Shown here piece after piece: positions 16,750 through 25,829 of a DNA stretch of 64,000 nucleotides. The translations under genes were made by a program, and so were the position numbers. This stretch comes from Elusimicrobiota bacterium (GTDB lineage Bacteria > Elusimicrobiota > Elusimicrobia > UBA1565 > UBA9628). Each line of letters starts with the position of its first letter. Within the stretch, counting starts at the first letter, position 1. The notes under the pieces were generated by a model. The model was not told where the DNA came from and did no database searches. It was given only the letters and a program-made list of their open reading frames with translations. The stretch spans positions 66,790-130,789 of the forward strand of contig JANRKA010000111.1 of the NCBI GenBank assembly GCA_033875325.1, in the 5' to 3' direction.

Positions 16750-18122
16750 GCGGCCTTCCGGACGCGGCGGCGCGCGGGTTTGGCGGGGGCGGGCGTCTCC
16801 TCGCCCCAGACGGCGTCCACGAGGCCGGCCTGGCGGAAGCGCTCGGCGTAATCCCAGACCTTCTCGAAGGGCAGCTCCAACTCGTCGGCGATGTCCTGGA
16901 TGGTCTTGTCGCCCTCGAAGGCGAGCATCACGCGCTCGATGGTGTCGTCGTTGTTCAAGTCCTCGTAGAGGCCGTAGCGGCTGAGGAAGAGGTTGCCCTT
17001 GTAGCGGCGCTTGGGGCGGTAGTCGCGCTCGAGGATCTGCAGGGCGTCCCAGACCGTATCGAAGGACTGCTTCTGGTAGCGCGGGCTGATGATGCGGATG
17101 TCGTCGTCGCTGGTGTGGTACTCGGGATAGGGCCAGCGCGACACGGACACCGTGGGGATGGAGATGCCGGGGCCGTCGAAGTTGATCTCGTCGTTGCAGA
17201 CGACCTTGCGGAAAGGTCCCACGCCGTAGGCGGGCAAGGCCCCCATCGCGCGCTCCATGGCGCGGTCGAGGGCGGTGTCGCCTTTCTTGGAGCGCTGGAG
17301 CTTGAGGTGGTTCTTGTTGCCCAGCATCTCGAGGAAAACGCCGTATTTGAAGGTGGGGATGAGCTCCTGGTTCTTGTGCAGGTAGCACAACGAGCCGATG
17401 TTCTCGGGGCAGACGACGAGCCGGTAGGTGTAGCGGCGGCTCTTGAGCGTCGCCAGGCGGCGCATGAGCGCGATGCCCGCGGCCACGCCGGAGAGGCCGT
17501 CGTTGCACTGCCCGGGGTGGCACAGGTGCGCGCAGAGGATGATGGAGTCCTCGCTTTCGCCCTTGAGCACGCTTTCACCCACGCGCACGAAGTCGTCGAC
17601 GAGCGCGGTGTCCACCTTGACCTCGTAGCGGCCGGGACCGAGTTTCTTGAAGCGGTCGTAGGGCAGGCTGAAGCCCCAACCGGCCCGGTAATACTTGTAG
17701 ACGTAGGGGATGGCCGCGGGCCGGTCGGAGTCGAAGTAGAGGTGCTCCTTGAGCTCGTCGAAGCTCAGCGTGCCTGAAAAGGGCACCGAGTAACTCACGA
17801 GGTGGAGGGGGTGGTCCTTGAAGTCCACGACGACCTTGCCGTCCTTTTTCACCCAGGCCTCGCGCACGACCCATTTCTTGGGCGCGGTCCAGGACCAGAC
17901 CTCGGAGTCGGAGGCGACCTTATGGATCTTTAGAGGAAGGAGGCGGCTGATGTAGTCGAGGGATTCCTCGTAGCCGTCGGAGATGAGGGAGCGGTTTTTG
18001 GGGCCGAGGTCGCGCAGCACCGTCATCATCAGCTCGGTGTAGGCGTCGGCGGGGGGCTCTCCGCCGGCGCCGGCGAGGTCGAAACTGGGGGTGAAATCGT
18101 AGCGTTTGGCGCTCTTGTTCAT
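16746..18122 (-). CDS. DUF4910 / aminopeptidase-like-domain protein (COG4310-type) with a C-terminal winged-helix-like tail
   Basis: Full tracked ORF. ILCAHLCHPGQCNDGLSGVAAG and RWPYPEYHTSDD match my memory of this polysaccharide-cluster family. It is preceded by its own promoter. Confidence 0.75.
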   Translation of the reverse strand: MNKSAKRYDFTPSFDLAGAGGEPPADAYTELMMTVLRDLGPKNRSLISDGYEESLDYISRLLPLKIHKVASDSEVWSWTAPKKWVVREAWVKKDGKVVVDFKDHPLHLVSYSVPFSGTLSFDELKEHLYFDSDRPAAIPYVYKYYRAGWGFSLPYDRFKKLGPGRYEVKVDTALVDDFVRVGESVLKGESEDSIILCAHLCHPGQCNDGLSGVAAGIALMRRLATLKSRRYTYRLVVCPENIGSLCYLHKNQELIPTFKYGVFLEMLGNKNHLKLQRSKKGDTALDRAMERAMGALPAYGVGPFRKVVCNDEINFDGPGISIPTVSVSRWPYPEYHTSDDDIRIISPRYQKQSFDTVWDALQILERDYRPKRRYKGNLFLSRYGLYEDLNNDDTIERVMLAFEGDKTIQDIADELELPFEKVWDYAERFRQAGLVDAVWGEETPAPAKPARRRVRKAA

Positions 18123-18131
18123 TCTTTGAAC

Positions 18132-18140
18132 ATTATACCA
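18132..18140 (-). promoter_or_regulatory. Extended -10 promoter TGGTATAAT, 9 nt upstream of ATG 18122
   Basis: The 26-nt gap reads on the minus strand GCCCATAG-TGG-TATAAT-GTTCAAAGA-ATG. There is no Shine-Dalgarno sequence. Confidence 0.6.
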
Positions 18141-18148
18141 CTATGGGC

Positions 18149-19234
18149 TCAGGATGCGTAGAGGCGGGAGAGGGCCGCCAACTGCCTCTCCCGGGAGAAC
18201 TCCCGCCGCACCCGCTCCCGCCCGGCCTCGCCCAGGCGGCGGCGCTCCTCGGGACGGTCGATGAGGCGCTGGCAGGCCTCGAGCAGCTCGACTTCGGTCT
18301 TGACCAGCACGCCCGCGTCGCCGACCGCGTCGCGGTTGCCCGGGATGTCGGAGGCGACCACGGCCGCGCCGGCGGCCATCGCCTCGAGCACGGCGTTGGG
18401 CAAGGCGTCCCACTTCGAGTAATGCACGAAGAGGTCCACGCCCGCCAGACGGCGGCGCGCCTCCTCGGCGGGCAGCCAGCCGGTGATGTCGGTCTTGGCG
18501 GTCAAGTTCATGTTCTCGAGGTTCACGCGCACGCGGGCCTCGTCCTCGCCGCCGCCGATCCAGGCCATGCGCAGGCCGTTGCGCGAGTCCGTCAGCCGTT
18601 GGGCCAGCAGCACCCAGGCGTCGGGGTCGCGCGCGGCCGTCAGGCGGCCGCAGGAACCCACGACCAGCCCGTCGTGCGGCAGACGCGCGGGGAAGTCGCC
18701 GAGGTAGGCGTCGTTGACGACGTGCACCGGACGGCGTCCGACGAGCTCGCGCGCGAGCGCGGCTTCGCCCTCGGACACGGCGACGGTCTCGCCGATGCGG
18801 CCCATGACGCGTTCGAGGGCCTTGTACAAAGCGCGTTTGGCGGCCGGGCGGTCGCGCATCAGGAAGCCGTAGCCGTGCGGGCTGTAGAAGATCTTCTTGA
18901 CGCCCGCGGACTTGGCCGCGGCGCGCGCCAATACGCCGGCCTTCGACGAGTGCGCGTGCACCGCGTCGGGCCTGTGTTCGGCGAAGAGGCGGCGCAGCTC
19001 GCGCAGCGCGGCGGCGTCTTGGACCGGCGAGATCTCGCGGGTCAGCTCCGGCACGAAGTAAGCCGCCTTCGCCCCGGCGCATTTCGCGCGGTAGGCTTGA
19101 GGGTCGGAGTCGCGGACGGCGTAGACCAGCGACACCTCGAAACGCGCGGGGTCGAGCCCGTTGCAGATGCCGGCGACCTGCTCGCCCGTGCCGCCGGGGC
19201 CGCCGCATTCGACGACCTGGAAGACCTTGATCAT
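18149..19234 (-). CDS. Glycosyltransferase family 4 (GT-B, retaining type)
   Basis: Internal ATG 19234 (MIKVFQVVECGGPGG) overlaps the upstream TGA by 4 nt. The C-terminal motif is DALPNAVLEAMAAGAAVVASDIPGNRDAV. Confidence 0.85.
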   Translation of the reverse strand: MIKVFQVVECGGPGGTGEQVAGICNGLDPARFEVSLVYAVRDSDPQAYRAKCAGAKAAYFVPELTREISPVQDAAALRELRRLFAEHRPDAVHAHSSKAGVLARAAAKSAGVKKIFYSPHGYGFLMRDRPAAKRALYKALERVMGRIGETVAVSEGEAALARELVGRRPVHVVNDAYLGDFPARLPHDGLVVGSCGRLTAARDPDAWVLLAQRLTDSRNGLRMAWIGGGEDEARVRVNLENMNLTAKTDITGWLPAEEARRRLAGVDLFVHYSKWDALPNAVLEAMAAGAAVVASDIPGNRDAVGDAGVLVKTEVELLEACQRLIDRPEERRRLGEAGRERVRREFSRERQLAALSRLYAS

Positions 19235-20478
19235 GCGCGCAGCCTCCGGAGGAGCTCCTCGGCCGCGAAGGGGAAGAGCATGGGAAGATAGAGCAGCTTG
19301 TGGCGCCCCGCGCTGCCGAGGTCGAACTCCATCAGCGCGGAGCCGGCGGTCATGAGCGCGAAGAAGACGAGCGGCACGACCGACGCGGGTTTCCAGTCCC
19401 GGCGGCGCGCGAGTCCGGCGGCGGCGGCGACGGCGAGCGCGAGCAGGAGGAGGTTCTCGCCCGACGCGAGCAGGCGGCCGAGCTTGCCATCGGACGGGTA
19501 GAGGCCCGGCAGCGGCTGGAACAGGACCGTGAACGCCGCGCTCGGGAGGAACGCGGCGACGTCGAACCAATCCTCGAACCGTGCGTCGGGCCGGATCTGC
19601 GTGCCGATGCGGCGGTTGTGGGAATAAAATGCGTATTCACGGTCGGACGCTTGCCGCTGAGCTCGTCGGTGGCTGAGGCCGCGCGGCGTCCAAGGGGGTG
19701 GGACGGGCCCTGAAACGGCGATGGGGGCCAGGGGCGGCAGGGTGGCCGGCACGCTCGGGGGCAGGGGTATGACCCGCTCGAAGAGGCCGGCGGACAACGC
19801 GTGGTACGCGGGGACGGCGGCCAACGCCGCGAGCAGGACCAAGGCGGCGGCCGGGCGCGCGCGCCGCGTCTTCAAGGCCCACGCCGCGCCCAGGGCGAAG
19901 GCCGCGCAGGACACCGCGAGCACGTAGGAGCGCAGGAAACCCGCGGCGACGAGCAGCAGCAAGGCCGCGGCGAGGCGCCTCGGCGAGGGCCGCTCGCCGT
20001 CGAGGACGGGAAGAAGCAGGGCCCACGCGCCGAACAGCAGCGCGAAGGTCGGCGCCTCCTTGAAGTTCTGCGAGGTGTAGAACGCGTGCGACGGCCACGC
20101 GGCGACGAGGGCCGCGGCGGCCAGCGCCGCGCGCTCGGATACGACGGCGCGAAACGCGAGCCCGAGCAGGACCACCGCCAGCGCCCCGAGCGCGGCGTTG
20201 ACGAGCTTCACCGGGTACGGCCGCGGCCCGACAAGGAGATAGGGCACCGCGATGAGCGCCGCGTGCGCGCGCTGCGAGGCGGAATACGGCAGAGGCTTCG
20301 CCCGGCCGGTTTTCCAGGTGTCGCTGAGGTCGCGCGCCAGGCTTTCCGCGAAACGGGCGTCCTGGTAATAGTAGGAGGGGAACAGGGGAGCGAATTCGGT
20401 CAGCGTCGCCGTGCCGGCCCGCAGGAGGAAGGCCGCCGCGCCCAGCAGCAGCCAGCGGCGCGCGTCAGTCGGCGACAC
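19231..20478 (-). CDS. Polytopic membrane protein, GT-C-like (PMT_2/ArnT-like) glycosyltransferase candidate
   Basis: GTG start at 20478. There are about 10 hydrophobic segments, and a first loop rich in aromatic and acidic residues (FPSYYYQDARFAESLARD). It lies directly downstream of a Dpm1-like GT2. Confidence 0.65.
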   Translation of the reverse strand: MSPTDARRWLLLGAAAFLLRAGTATLTEFAPLFPSYYYQDARFAESLARDLSDTWKTGRAKPLPYSASQRAHAALIAVPYLLVGPRPYPVKLVNAALGALAVVLLGLAFRAVVSERAALAAAALVAAWPSHAFYTSQNFKEAPTFALLFGAWALLLPVLDGERPSPRRLAAALLLLVAAGFLRSYVLAVSCAAFALGAAWALKTRRARPAAALVLLAALAAVPAYHALSAGLFERVIPLPPSVPATLPPLAPIAVSGPVPPPWTPRGLSHRRAQRQASDREYAFYSHNRRIGTQIRPDARFEDWFDVAAFLPSAAFTVLFQPLPGLYPSDGKLGRLLASGENLLLLALAVAAAAGLARRRDWKPASVVPLVFFALMTAGSALMEFDLGSAGRHKLLYLPMLFPFAAEELLRRLRA

Positions 20479-21157
20479 GGTAGCGCAGGAGGCACCACAG
20501 GTAGGAGAAGGCGTCCTTCCAGGTGATCTTCTTGCCCTCGGCGTAGGTGCGGCCGCTGTAGGAGATGGGCACCTCGTAGAGCCGCAGACGCCGCTTGCAG
20601 ACCTTGGCGGTGAGCTCGGCCTCGATGCCGAAGCGTTCGCTCTCCAGAGGGATGGCCTTCAGCAAGTCGGCGCGGAAGGCCTTGTAGCAGGTGCCCATGT
20701 CCGAAAGGTTGATGTCATAGAGCACGTTGGTCAGGAGGGTGAAGAACTTGTTGGCGGCGAAGTGCCAGAACAGCAGCACGCGGTGCGGCCCGCCCATGAA
20801 GCGGGAGCCGTAGACCGCGTCGGCGCGGCCGTCGAGCAGGGGCGCGAGCAGCCCGGGCCAATCGGCGGGGTCGTATTCGAGGTCCGCGTCCTGGATGACG
20901 ACGAAATCGCCGGTCGCGCGCTCCAGCGCGGTGCGCACGGCCGCGCCTTTGCCGCGATTGACCTCGTGGAAGACGACCTCGGCGCGCCCCGGCGCCAGGG
21001 CGCGCAGCAGCTCGCGCGTGCCGTCGGTGGACGCGTCGTCGACGAGCACGACCTGGCGGCCGACGGGCAGGGCGACGGCCTCGACTCGACGCAGGAGCTC
21101 GAGAACGGTGTCCTTCTCGTTGTAGACCGGGATGAGGACGCTGAGGGTCTTCGTCAC
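20465..21157 (-). CDS. Glycosyltransferase family 2, Dpm1/ArnC-like polyprenyl-phosphate glycosyltransferase
   Basis: GTG start at 21157. Motifs: LSVLIPVYNE, VLVDDASTDGT, VVIQDADLEYDP, 230 aa. Confidence 0.85.
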   Translation of the reverse strand: MTKTLSVLIPVYNEKDTVLELLRRVEAVALPVGRQVVLVDDASTDGTRELLRALAPGRAEVVFHEVNRGKGAAVRTALERATGDFVVIQDADLEYDPADWPGLLAPLLDGRADAVYGSRFMGGPHRVLLFWHFAANKFFTLLTNVLYDINLSDMGTCYKAFRADLLKAIPLESERFGIEAELTAKVCKRRLRLYEVPISYSGRTYAEGKKITWKDAFSYLWCLLRYRVAD

Positions 21158-21163
21158 GGGGAG

Positions 21164-21169
21164 ATTATA
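21164..21169 (-). promoter_or_regulatory. -10 box TATAAT, 6 nt upstream of GTG 21157
   Basis: The 16-nt gap reads on the minus strand TAA-CGCC-TATAAT-CTCCCC-GTG. Confidence 0.5.
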
Positions 21170-21173
21170 GGCG

Positions 21174-23144
21174 TTATTCGCCGGGCCGCGCGACGCGTCC
21201 GGTCACGATTCCGAGCCGTCTCGGGCGGGTGCCGGGCTCGAGCGCGTACACGGTCAGCTCGAGCCGGGCGACGGCGGCCGTCGGGGCCTTGCGCAGCGCG
21301 AAGCGTTGGCGCAGGACGGCGCCGGCGGCGGGCAGCCCGCGGTGGGCGGCGTCGTCCACGAGAGGCCACAGGACCGGGTAGCTGCCTTTGCCCGAGCGGC
21401 GCGGGAAGACCGGATCGAGCACGACGGAGTCCGCGGCGTCAAGGCCGCGCGCCACGATGGCCAAGACGGGCAGGGAGGACCCGGTCACGGACCATTCCAA
21501 AGCGATCTCCGTGGAGTCGCCGCGCGCGGCGAGCGTCGCCGCGCGCAGGGTCAGAGGCCCCGCGCGCGGGGCGGCCGCATCCGGCCGCGCGGGCCGCGCG
21601 AGGCTCGATTCGATGAGCGCCGCCTCGAGCCGCATCCGAGGGCGCGCCGCGCAGGGGCCGGGCCGCAGGTCGAGGCGGCGCTCGCCGCCGCCCGGCAGCT
21701 CGAGCTCCAGCGAGGCGGCGCAGGCGAAGCCGCGGGTCGCGCCGTCAAAGACGAGCACCGCGGCGCCCGACGCGGGCGTCCAGTTGAACGCGTCCGCGGG
21801 GAACACGGACAGGTCGTTGAAGTAGAGGATGCCGGCGCGCGTCGGAGTCGGGCCGTAGTCGCCGCGCTGCAGGTCGACGCCGAGGGCGCGCCCCGCCGCG
21901 AGCGACACGTCATGGTGGAGATTGAACGCGGGCGCTTTGCGCAGGCGGCGGGGGGCGTCGAGCGTGAAGACGGCCGTGGGCGCGGAGGGCAGGCGGCGCA
22001 GCTCCGACGCGAACGCCTCCTTGAGTCGCGCTGAGTCGGCCCACTGGGTGGCCTCATGAGCGTTCGCGACCACGGCCATGGCGAACGCGAGCGCGCCGGC
22101 GGCGGTCAGCGCGGGGCGCGCCGCGGGGCGTCGGCGCCAGAGCGCGCCGGCGACGGCGGCCATCGCCAAGGTCCAGCCGAAGGAGGGCAGAAGGTTGTGG
22201 CGAGGGCTGATGTACCAGAACAGGTTCGGCCCGTAGGCCGCCGCCGTCCAAGCCGCGCCGAACGCGGCGGGCAGGCGCCAGTCCCGGGCGACGGGGTCGC
22301 CGCGCTTCAACTCGCGGGCGAGCCACCATGCCGCGCCGAGCCCGGCGACGGAGGCCAGGACGGTCCAGGCCCAATGCGCGTGGGAGGTCGAGGGCCACGG
22401 CAGGAGACCGTGAGCCACCGCCTGAGCGGCGTCGTAGACGCGGCGGGCCGCGTCCGCCGTCCGGATGAGCGGCCTGCCGCCCGAGGCGTGCGGCGAGAGG
22501 TAGCGCAGCGCCGTGTGCGCCGCGTTGAGGGTCGCGAACCCGAGCGCCGCGAGGGCGTAAGGCTTCATCGTGCGGCGCTCTTCGTGGAGCCACGCGGCGG
22601 CGAGCAGCAGAGGCCATAAGAAGTAAACCTGGTCGTAGGTGAACAAGGCGACGGTGAACAGCGAGAACGCCGTGATCAGCCGGGGTCCGCGCGGCGAGGT
22701 CGCGCACAGGAAGGCGCCGAGGGTCAGCGCCATGGGGATCTGGCACTGCGGTATCAGCGTTATCCAGAAGTGCGTCTCGCCGTGGTTCGGGGCGACGGCG
22801 AACGCCGCGGCCGTCACCGTCGCCGTCGCGCGCGACCCGCTGAGGCGCGAGGCGAGGTGATAGGCCATGAAGACGAGGATGGCGTCGAATGCGGTCGAGA
22901 CCAGGTGCAGCGCGAGGTCCGACGCGCCGGTCAGTCTCAACAGCAGCGCGAAGAAAGGCACGTGGAGGTTCCGGCCGGGGACGTAGCGGATGAACTCGTG
23001 CCAGAGCCGCTCCGGCCCCGCTCCCTCGAGCGCGCGAAGGAACGAATAATCGTCGAGGTAGAAGCCGCAGACCGCCGCCGCCGGGGCGAACAGGGCCGCG
23101 GTGAAGAGCGCGAGCGCGAGCGGGACGCGTTGGGTCCCGCTCAC
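21174..23144 (-). CDS. Large polytopic membrane protein with a ~250-aa C-terminal extracytoplasmic domain; GT-C-like candidate
   Basis: The start is taken at GTG 23144, which overlaps the upstream TGA (GTGA). The upstream 40 codons of the tracked ORF are Arg-rich. After TM1 comes FYLDDYSF, an acidic first-loop motif typical of GT-C enzymes. Many TM segments follow, then a soluble tail. Confidence 0.65.
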   Translation of the reverse strand: MSGTQRVPLALALFTAALFAPAAAVCGFYLDDYSFLRALEGAGPERLWHEFIRYVPGRNLHVPFFALLLRLTGASDLALHLVSTAFDAILVFMAYHLASRLSGSRATATVTAAAFAVAPNHGETHFWITLIPQCQIPMALTLGAFLCATSPRGPRLITAFSLFTVALFTYDQVYFLWPLLLAAAWLHEERRTMKPYALAALGFATLNAAHTALRYLSPHASGGRPLIRTADAARRVYDAAQAVAHGLLPWPSTSHAHWAWTVLASVAGLGAAWWLARELKRGDPVARDWRLPAAFGAAWTAAAYGPNLFWYISPRHNLLPSFGWTLAMAAVAGALWRRRPAARPALTAAGALAFAMAVVANAHEATQWADSARLKEAFASELRRLPSAPTAVFTLDAPRRLRKAPAFNLHHDVSLAAGRALGVDLQRGDYGPTPTRAGILYFNDLSVFPADAFNWTPASGAAVLVFDGATRGFACAASLELELPGGGERRLDLRPGPCAARPRMRLEAALIESSLARPARPDAAAPRAGPLTLRAATLAARGDSTEIALEWSVTGSSLPVLAIVARGLDAADSVVLDPVFPRRSGKGSYPVLWPLVDDAAHRGLPAAGAVLRQRFALRKAPTAAVARLELTVYALEPGTRPRRLGIVTGRVARPGE

Positions 23145-24313
23145 GCCCGTGGTCCGGCGCCCCACAGCCAGCTGAGCAGGAAGAAGGTCGCGGCCTGTTC
23201 GGTCTGCCAGGCGGTTTCGGTGAGGTTCATGACGACGAAGGCGGCCGTCGCGGCCAGCGACCACAACGCGGCCGCGTCGCGGCGTTCCAGCCAGGCTCGC
23301 CGCGCGCCGGCGTAGAAGGCCCAGAACAGCGCCAACAGCAGGCCCAGGCCCGGAAACCCGCGCTCGGCGAGCTGATGGAGGAAAAGGTTGTGGGCCGAGC
23401 CCCAGACGCGCTCACCGTCGAGCGCGCCCTGCGCGCCGGTCTCCTCGAAGGCGCGGCGGAAGCTGCCGGGTCCCACGCCCGTCACCGGACGCTCGCGCGC
23501 CATGGCGAGCGCCGCGTCCCAGAGCACGAGACGGGCGCGGTGCGCCGAAGCTTCGGGGCTGTCCGAAAGCAAAGTCCGCAGGTTGCGTCCGCCGGTCGGC
23601 GCGAACTCCCAGGCGACGCCCAACGCGACGAGCGAGACGAGCGCGGCGAGCAGCCCGCGGCGCAGCCGCGGGACCTCGAGGGCGGCCGCGGTGGCGGCCG
23701 CGGCCGACGCGAGCAGCACGGCGCGCGTCTGATTCGCCGCGAGCGCGGCGAGCAGGAGCAGAGCGCCGGCCGCCGACGCCCGTCTCGCGCCGGGGGCCAG
23801 GGCCGCCAACCCCAGGCAGGCCGCCGCGCCGATGAGCCCGAGCCCGATCATCTCGCCGTAGACGACGGCGTGCACGAAGCCCCTCGCCCGCACGAAGCCG
23901 GCCTCGCCGCCGCTGAGAAACACGGTCTGCCCCAGGCCGACGAGCGCGGCCGCGACGAGGCCGGCGGCCAGGCCCGCGCGCGTTTTGGCGCGCGGCACGG
24001 AGCCCAGGGCGGCGCCCAGGGCGAGAAACGCCCACAAGCGGTGCAGCTCCTTGGGCCAGGCGCGCAGCCCGCGGGACGAGTCGAGACCGGCGGCGGCGCA
24101 GACCAACGCCCAGACCGCGCCCGCCGCGAGCAGCTTGAAGACGGGAGAACGCAGGGCGTCACGCAGCGCCGCGCGCAAGCCGGGGTCGGAGCTCCAGGAC
24201 GCGGCGAGCGAGACGGTGAGCACGCCGAGCGCGGCATTGACGCCGGCGATGGAGAGCGGCGCGGCGAACGCCGCGGCGGCGAGGGCCCACTGCGAGACGG
24301 CGCGCGGGTTCAT
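23141..24313 (-). CDS. O-antigen ligase / polymerase family (Wzy_C domain) membrane protein
   Basis: Full tracked ORF. It is polytopic, with a signature loop WGSAHNLFLHQLAERGFPG. Confidence 0.8.
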   Translation of the reverse strand: MNPRAVSQWALAAAAFAAPLSIAGVNAALGVLTVSLAASWSSDPGLRAALRDALRSPVFKLLAAGAVWALVCAAAGLDSSRGLRAWPKELHRLWAFLALGAALGSVPRAKTRAGLAAGLVAAALVGLGQTVFLSGGEAGFVRARGFVHAVVYGEMIGLGLIGAAACLGLAALAPGARRASAAGALLLLAALAANQTRAVLLASAAAATAAALEVPRLRRGLLAALVSLVALGVAWEFAPTGGRNLRTLLSDSPEASAHRARLVLWDAALAMARERPVTGVGPGSFRRAFEETGAQGALDGERVWGSAHNLFLHQLAERGFPGLGLLLALFWAFYAGARRAWLERRDAAALWSLAATAAFVVMNLTETAWQTEQAATFFLLSWLWGAGPRA

Positions 24314-24320
24314 CGGCGTC

Positions 24321-24326
24321 AGTCTA
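24321..24326 (-). promoter_or_regulatory. -10-like box TAGACT, 7 nt upstream of ATG 24313
   Basis: The 13-nt gap reads on the minus strand TAG-TAGACT-GACGCCG-ATG. Confidence 0.4.
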
Positions 24327-25829
24327 CTACATCGACGGCGCGAGCCTGTAGACCCGGGCCGTGACGCCGGGCGCGACGGGGACGCTGGCCGTCAGGCGCG
24401 CGGGCAGTCGTCCCGATTCGACCGCCGCGGCGACGCCGGCGTTGGCGCGGTTGAGGAAGCCGGGGGCCTGCGCGACCGGCTCGCCCTCCACCAGGACGAG
24501 GGCCGTCGCGCCGCGGTCCTTGAGGCGCAGCAGCGCGCCCTCGACGCTCGACTGCGCGTAGCCCAGGCTGATGCAGCGCAGCGCCAGCCCGCGGGCGGCG
24601 GACGCCGAAGCGAGGTTGTTCGCGTTGAGGCGGCGGTCCTCCAACGCGAGCGCGACGACGCCGTCCTCGCCCGCGGCGGCGGCGGCGGCGGTCACGAGCG
24701 CGTCGCGGTCCCAGGCGGCCTCGCGCGACGGAGCGCCGCTCCAGGGCATGCTCGTCCCGGCGGGGGCCAGGAAGGTCTCGCGGACGAACACCCCGCCGCC
24801 GGTCGCGAGCAGCAGAACGGCGGCGGCGACGCGCGGCGCCCGCCCTTCGAGCGACGAGGCGGCGCCAGCGGCAAGCAGCGCCAGGCCCGGCAACGCGGGT
24901 GCGACGAGCCGCGGCTCGGCGTTGACGCCGGCGGCGAAGAGGAGCAGGGGCGCGAGCCAGGCGAGGGCGAAACGCGTCCCCGCGTCGAAGAACACGCGGC
25001 CGCGCGCGGCCGCCGCGGCCGTGACCAGCGCGAGGGCCGCGGCGAAGGGCCAGGACAGGGCGCCGGCGCACAGCCGGAAGGGGAACGAGAGCGGCCCTCC
25101 GCCGGCGTAGTCGGCCGCGACGCGCCCGAACGCGGCGCTCCAGGCGAAGGCGAGGACGAAGGGCAGGTTGAAGGCGTACCAGGTCGCGGCGAGGACGGAC
25201 CCCAAGAACAGCGCCGCGCGCGCGTGCGGGGCCAGCGCGCCCCTCCTCAGCCAGACGAAGCCGGCGACGAACGCGGGGAAGGTCACCTTGGCGAGCAGGC
25301 CCAAGCCGAGGAGCAGGCCCAGGACGGAGGCTTCGCGCGCGTCCCGGCGGGCCGCGGCGACGCGCCAGGCCGCGGCCGCCGTCAGCGCCGTGAGCAGGCT
25401 CTCGACGAGGAAGACGCGCGAGAGCCCGTAGAGCAGCGGCGTCAGCGCGACGAGGCTGGCGGCCAGCGCGGCCGCGCGCTCGCGCCGCTCGTCGTCGCGC
25501 CACAGCTCCCGGGCCGTCGCGGCGGTGAACGCGCAGGTCGCTCCGTGCAGGACGAGGCCGGTGAGGGCCGCGGCCTTCTCCGAAGGGCCGACGAGCGCGT
25601 ACAGCGGCAGGGGCAGCAGGCTGACCAGGGGCGCTTTGGTCCGGAAGGCGCCCGCCCATTGCGCGGCGAAGTCGGCGAGTCCGCGGCCGAGGGCGTGGAA
25701 GAGGCGGAAGGAGACCTCGAGGTACCAGGCGTCGTCCCAAGCCGGCGCGGCGGTCTCGGCGGCGACGCGCCACGCTCCGGCCGCGAGGACGGCGCCCACG
25801 AGCAGCGCGGCCGCGCGGCGCGGGGTCAC
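24327..25829 (-). CDS. ArnT/PMT_2-type (GT39/GT83-like) GT-C membrane glycosyltransferase
   Basis: The start is taken at GTG 25829, which overlaps the upstream TGA (GTGA). The first loop is APAWDDAWYLEVSF. There are multiple TM segments and a ~130-aa C-terminal soluble domain. The remaining 891 codons of tracked ORF 24327-28502 are wrong-frame. Confidence 0.8.
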   Translation of the reverse strand: MTPRRAAALLVGAVLAAGAWRVAAETAAPAWDDAWYLEVSFRLFHALGRGLADFAAQWAGAFRTKAPLVSLLPLPLYALVGPSEKAAALTGLVLHGATCAFTAATARELWRDDERRERAAALAASLVALTPLLYGLSRVFLVESLLTALTAAAAWRVAAARRDAREASVLGLLLGLGLLAKVTFPAFVAGFVWLRRGALAPHARAALFLGSVLAATWYAFNLPFVLAFAWSAAFGRVAADYAGGGPLSFPFRLCAGALSWPFAAALALVTAAAAARGRVFFDAGTRFALAWLAPLLLFAAGVNAEPRLVAPALPGLALLAAGAASSLEGRAPRVAAAVLLLATGGGVFVRETFLAPAGTSMPWSGAPSREAAWDRDALVTAAAAAAGEDGVVALALEDRRLNANNLASASAARGLALRCISLGYAQSSVEGALLRLKDRGATALVLVEGEPVAQAPGFLNRANAGVAAAVESGRLPARLTASVPVAPGVTARVYRLAPSM

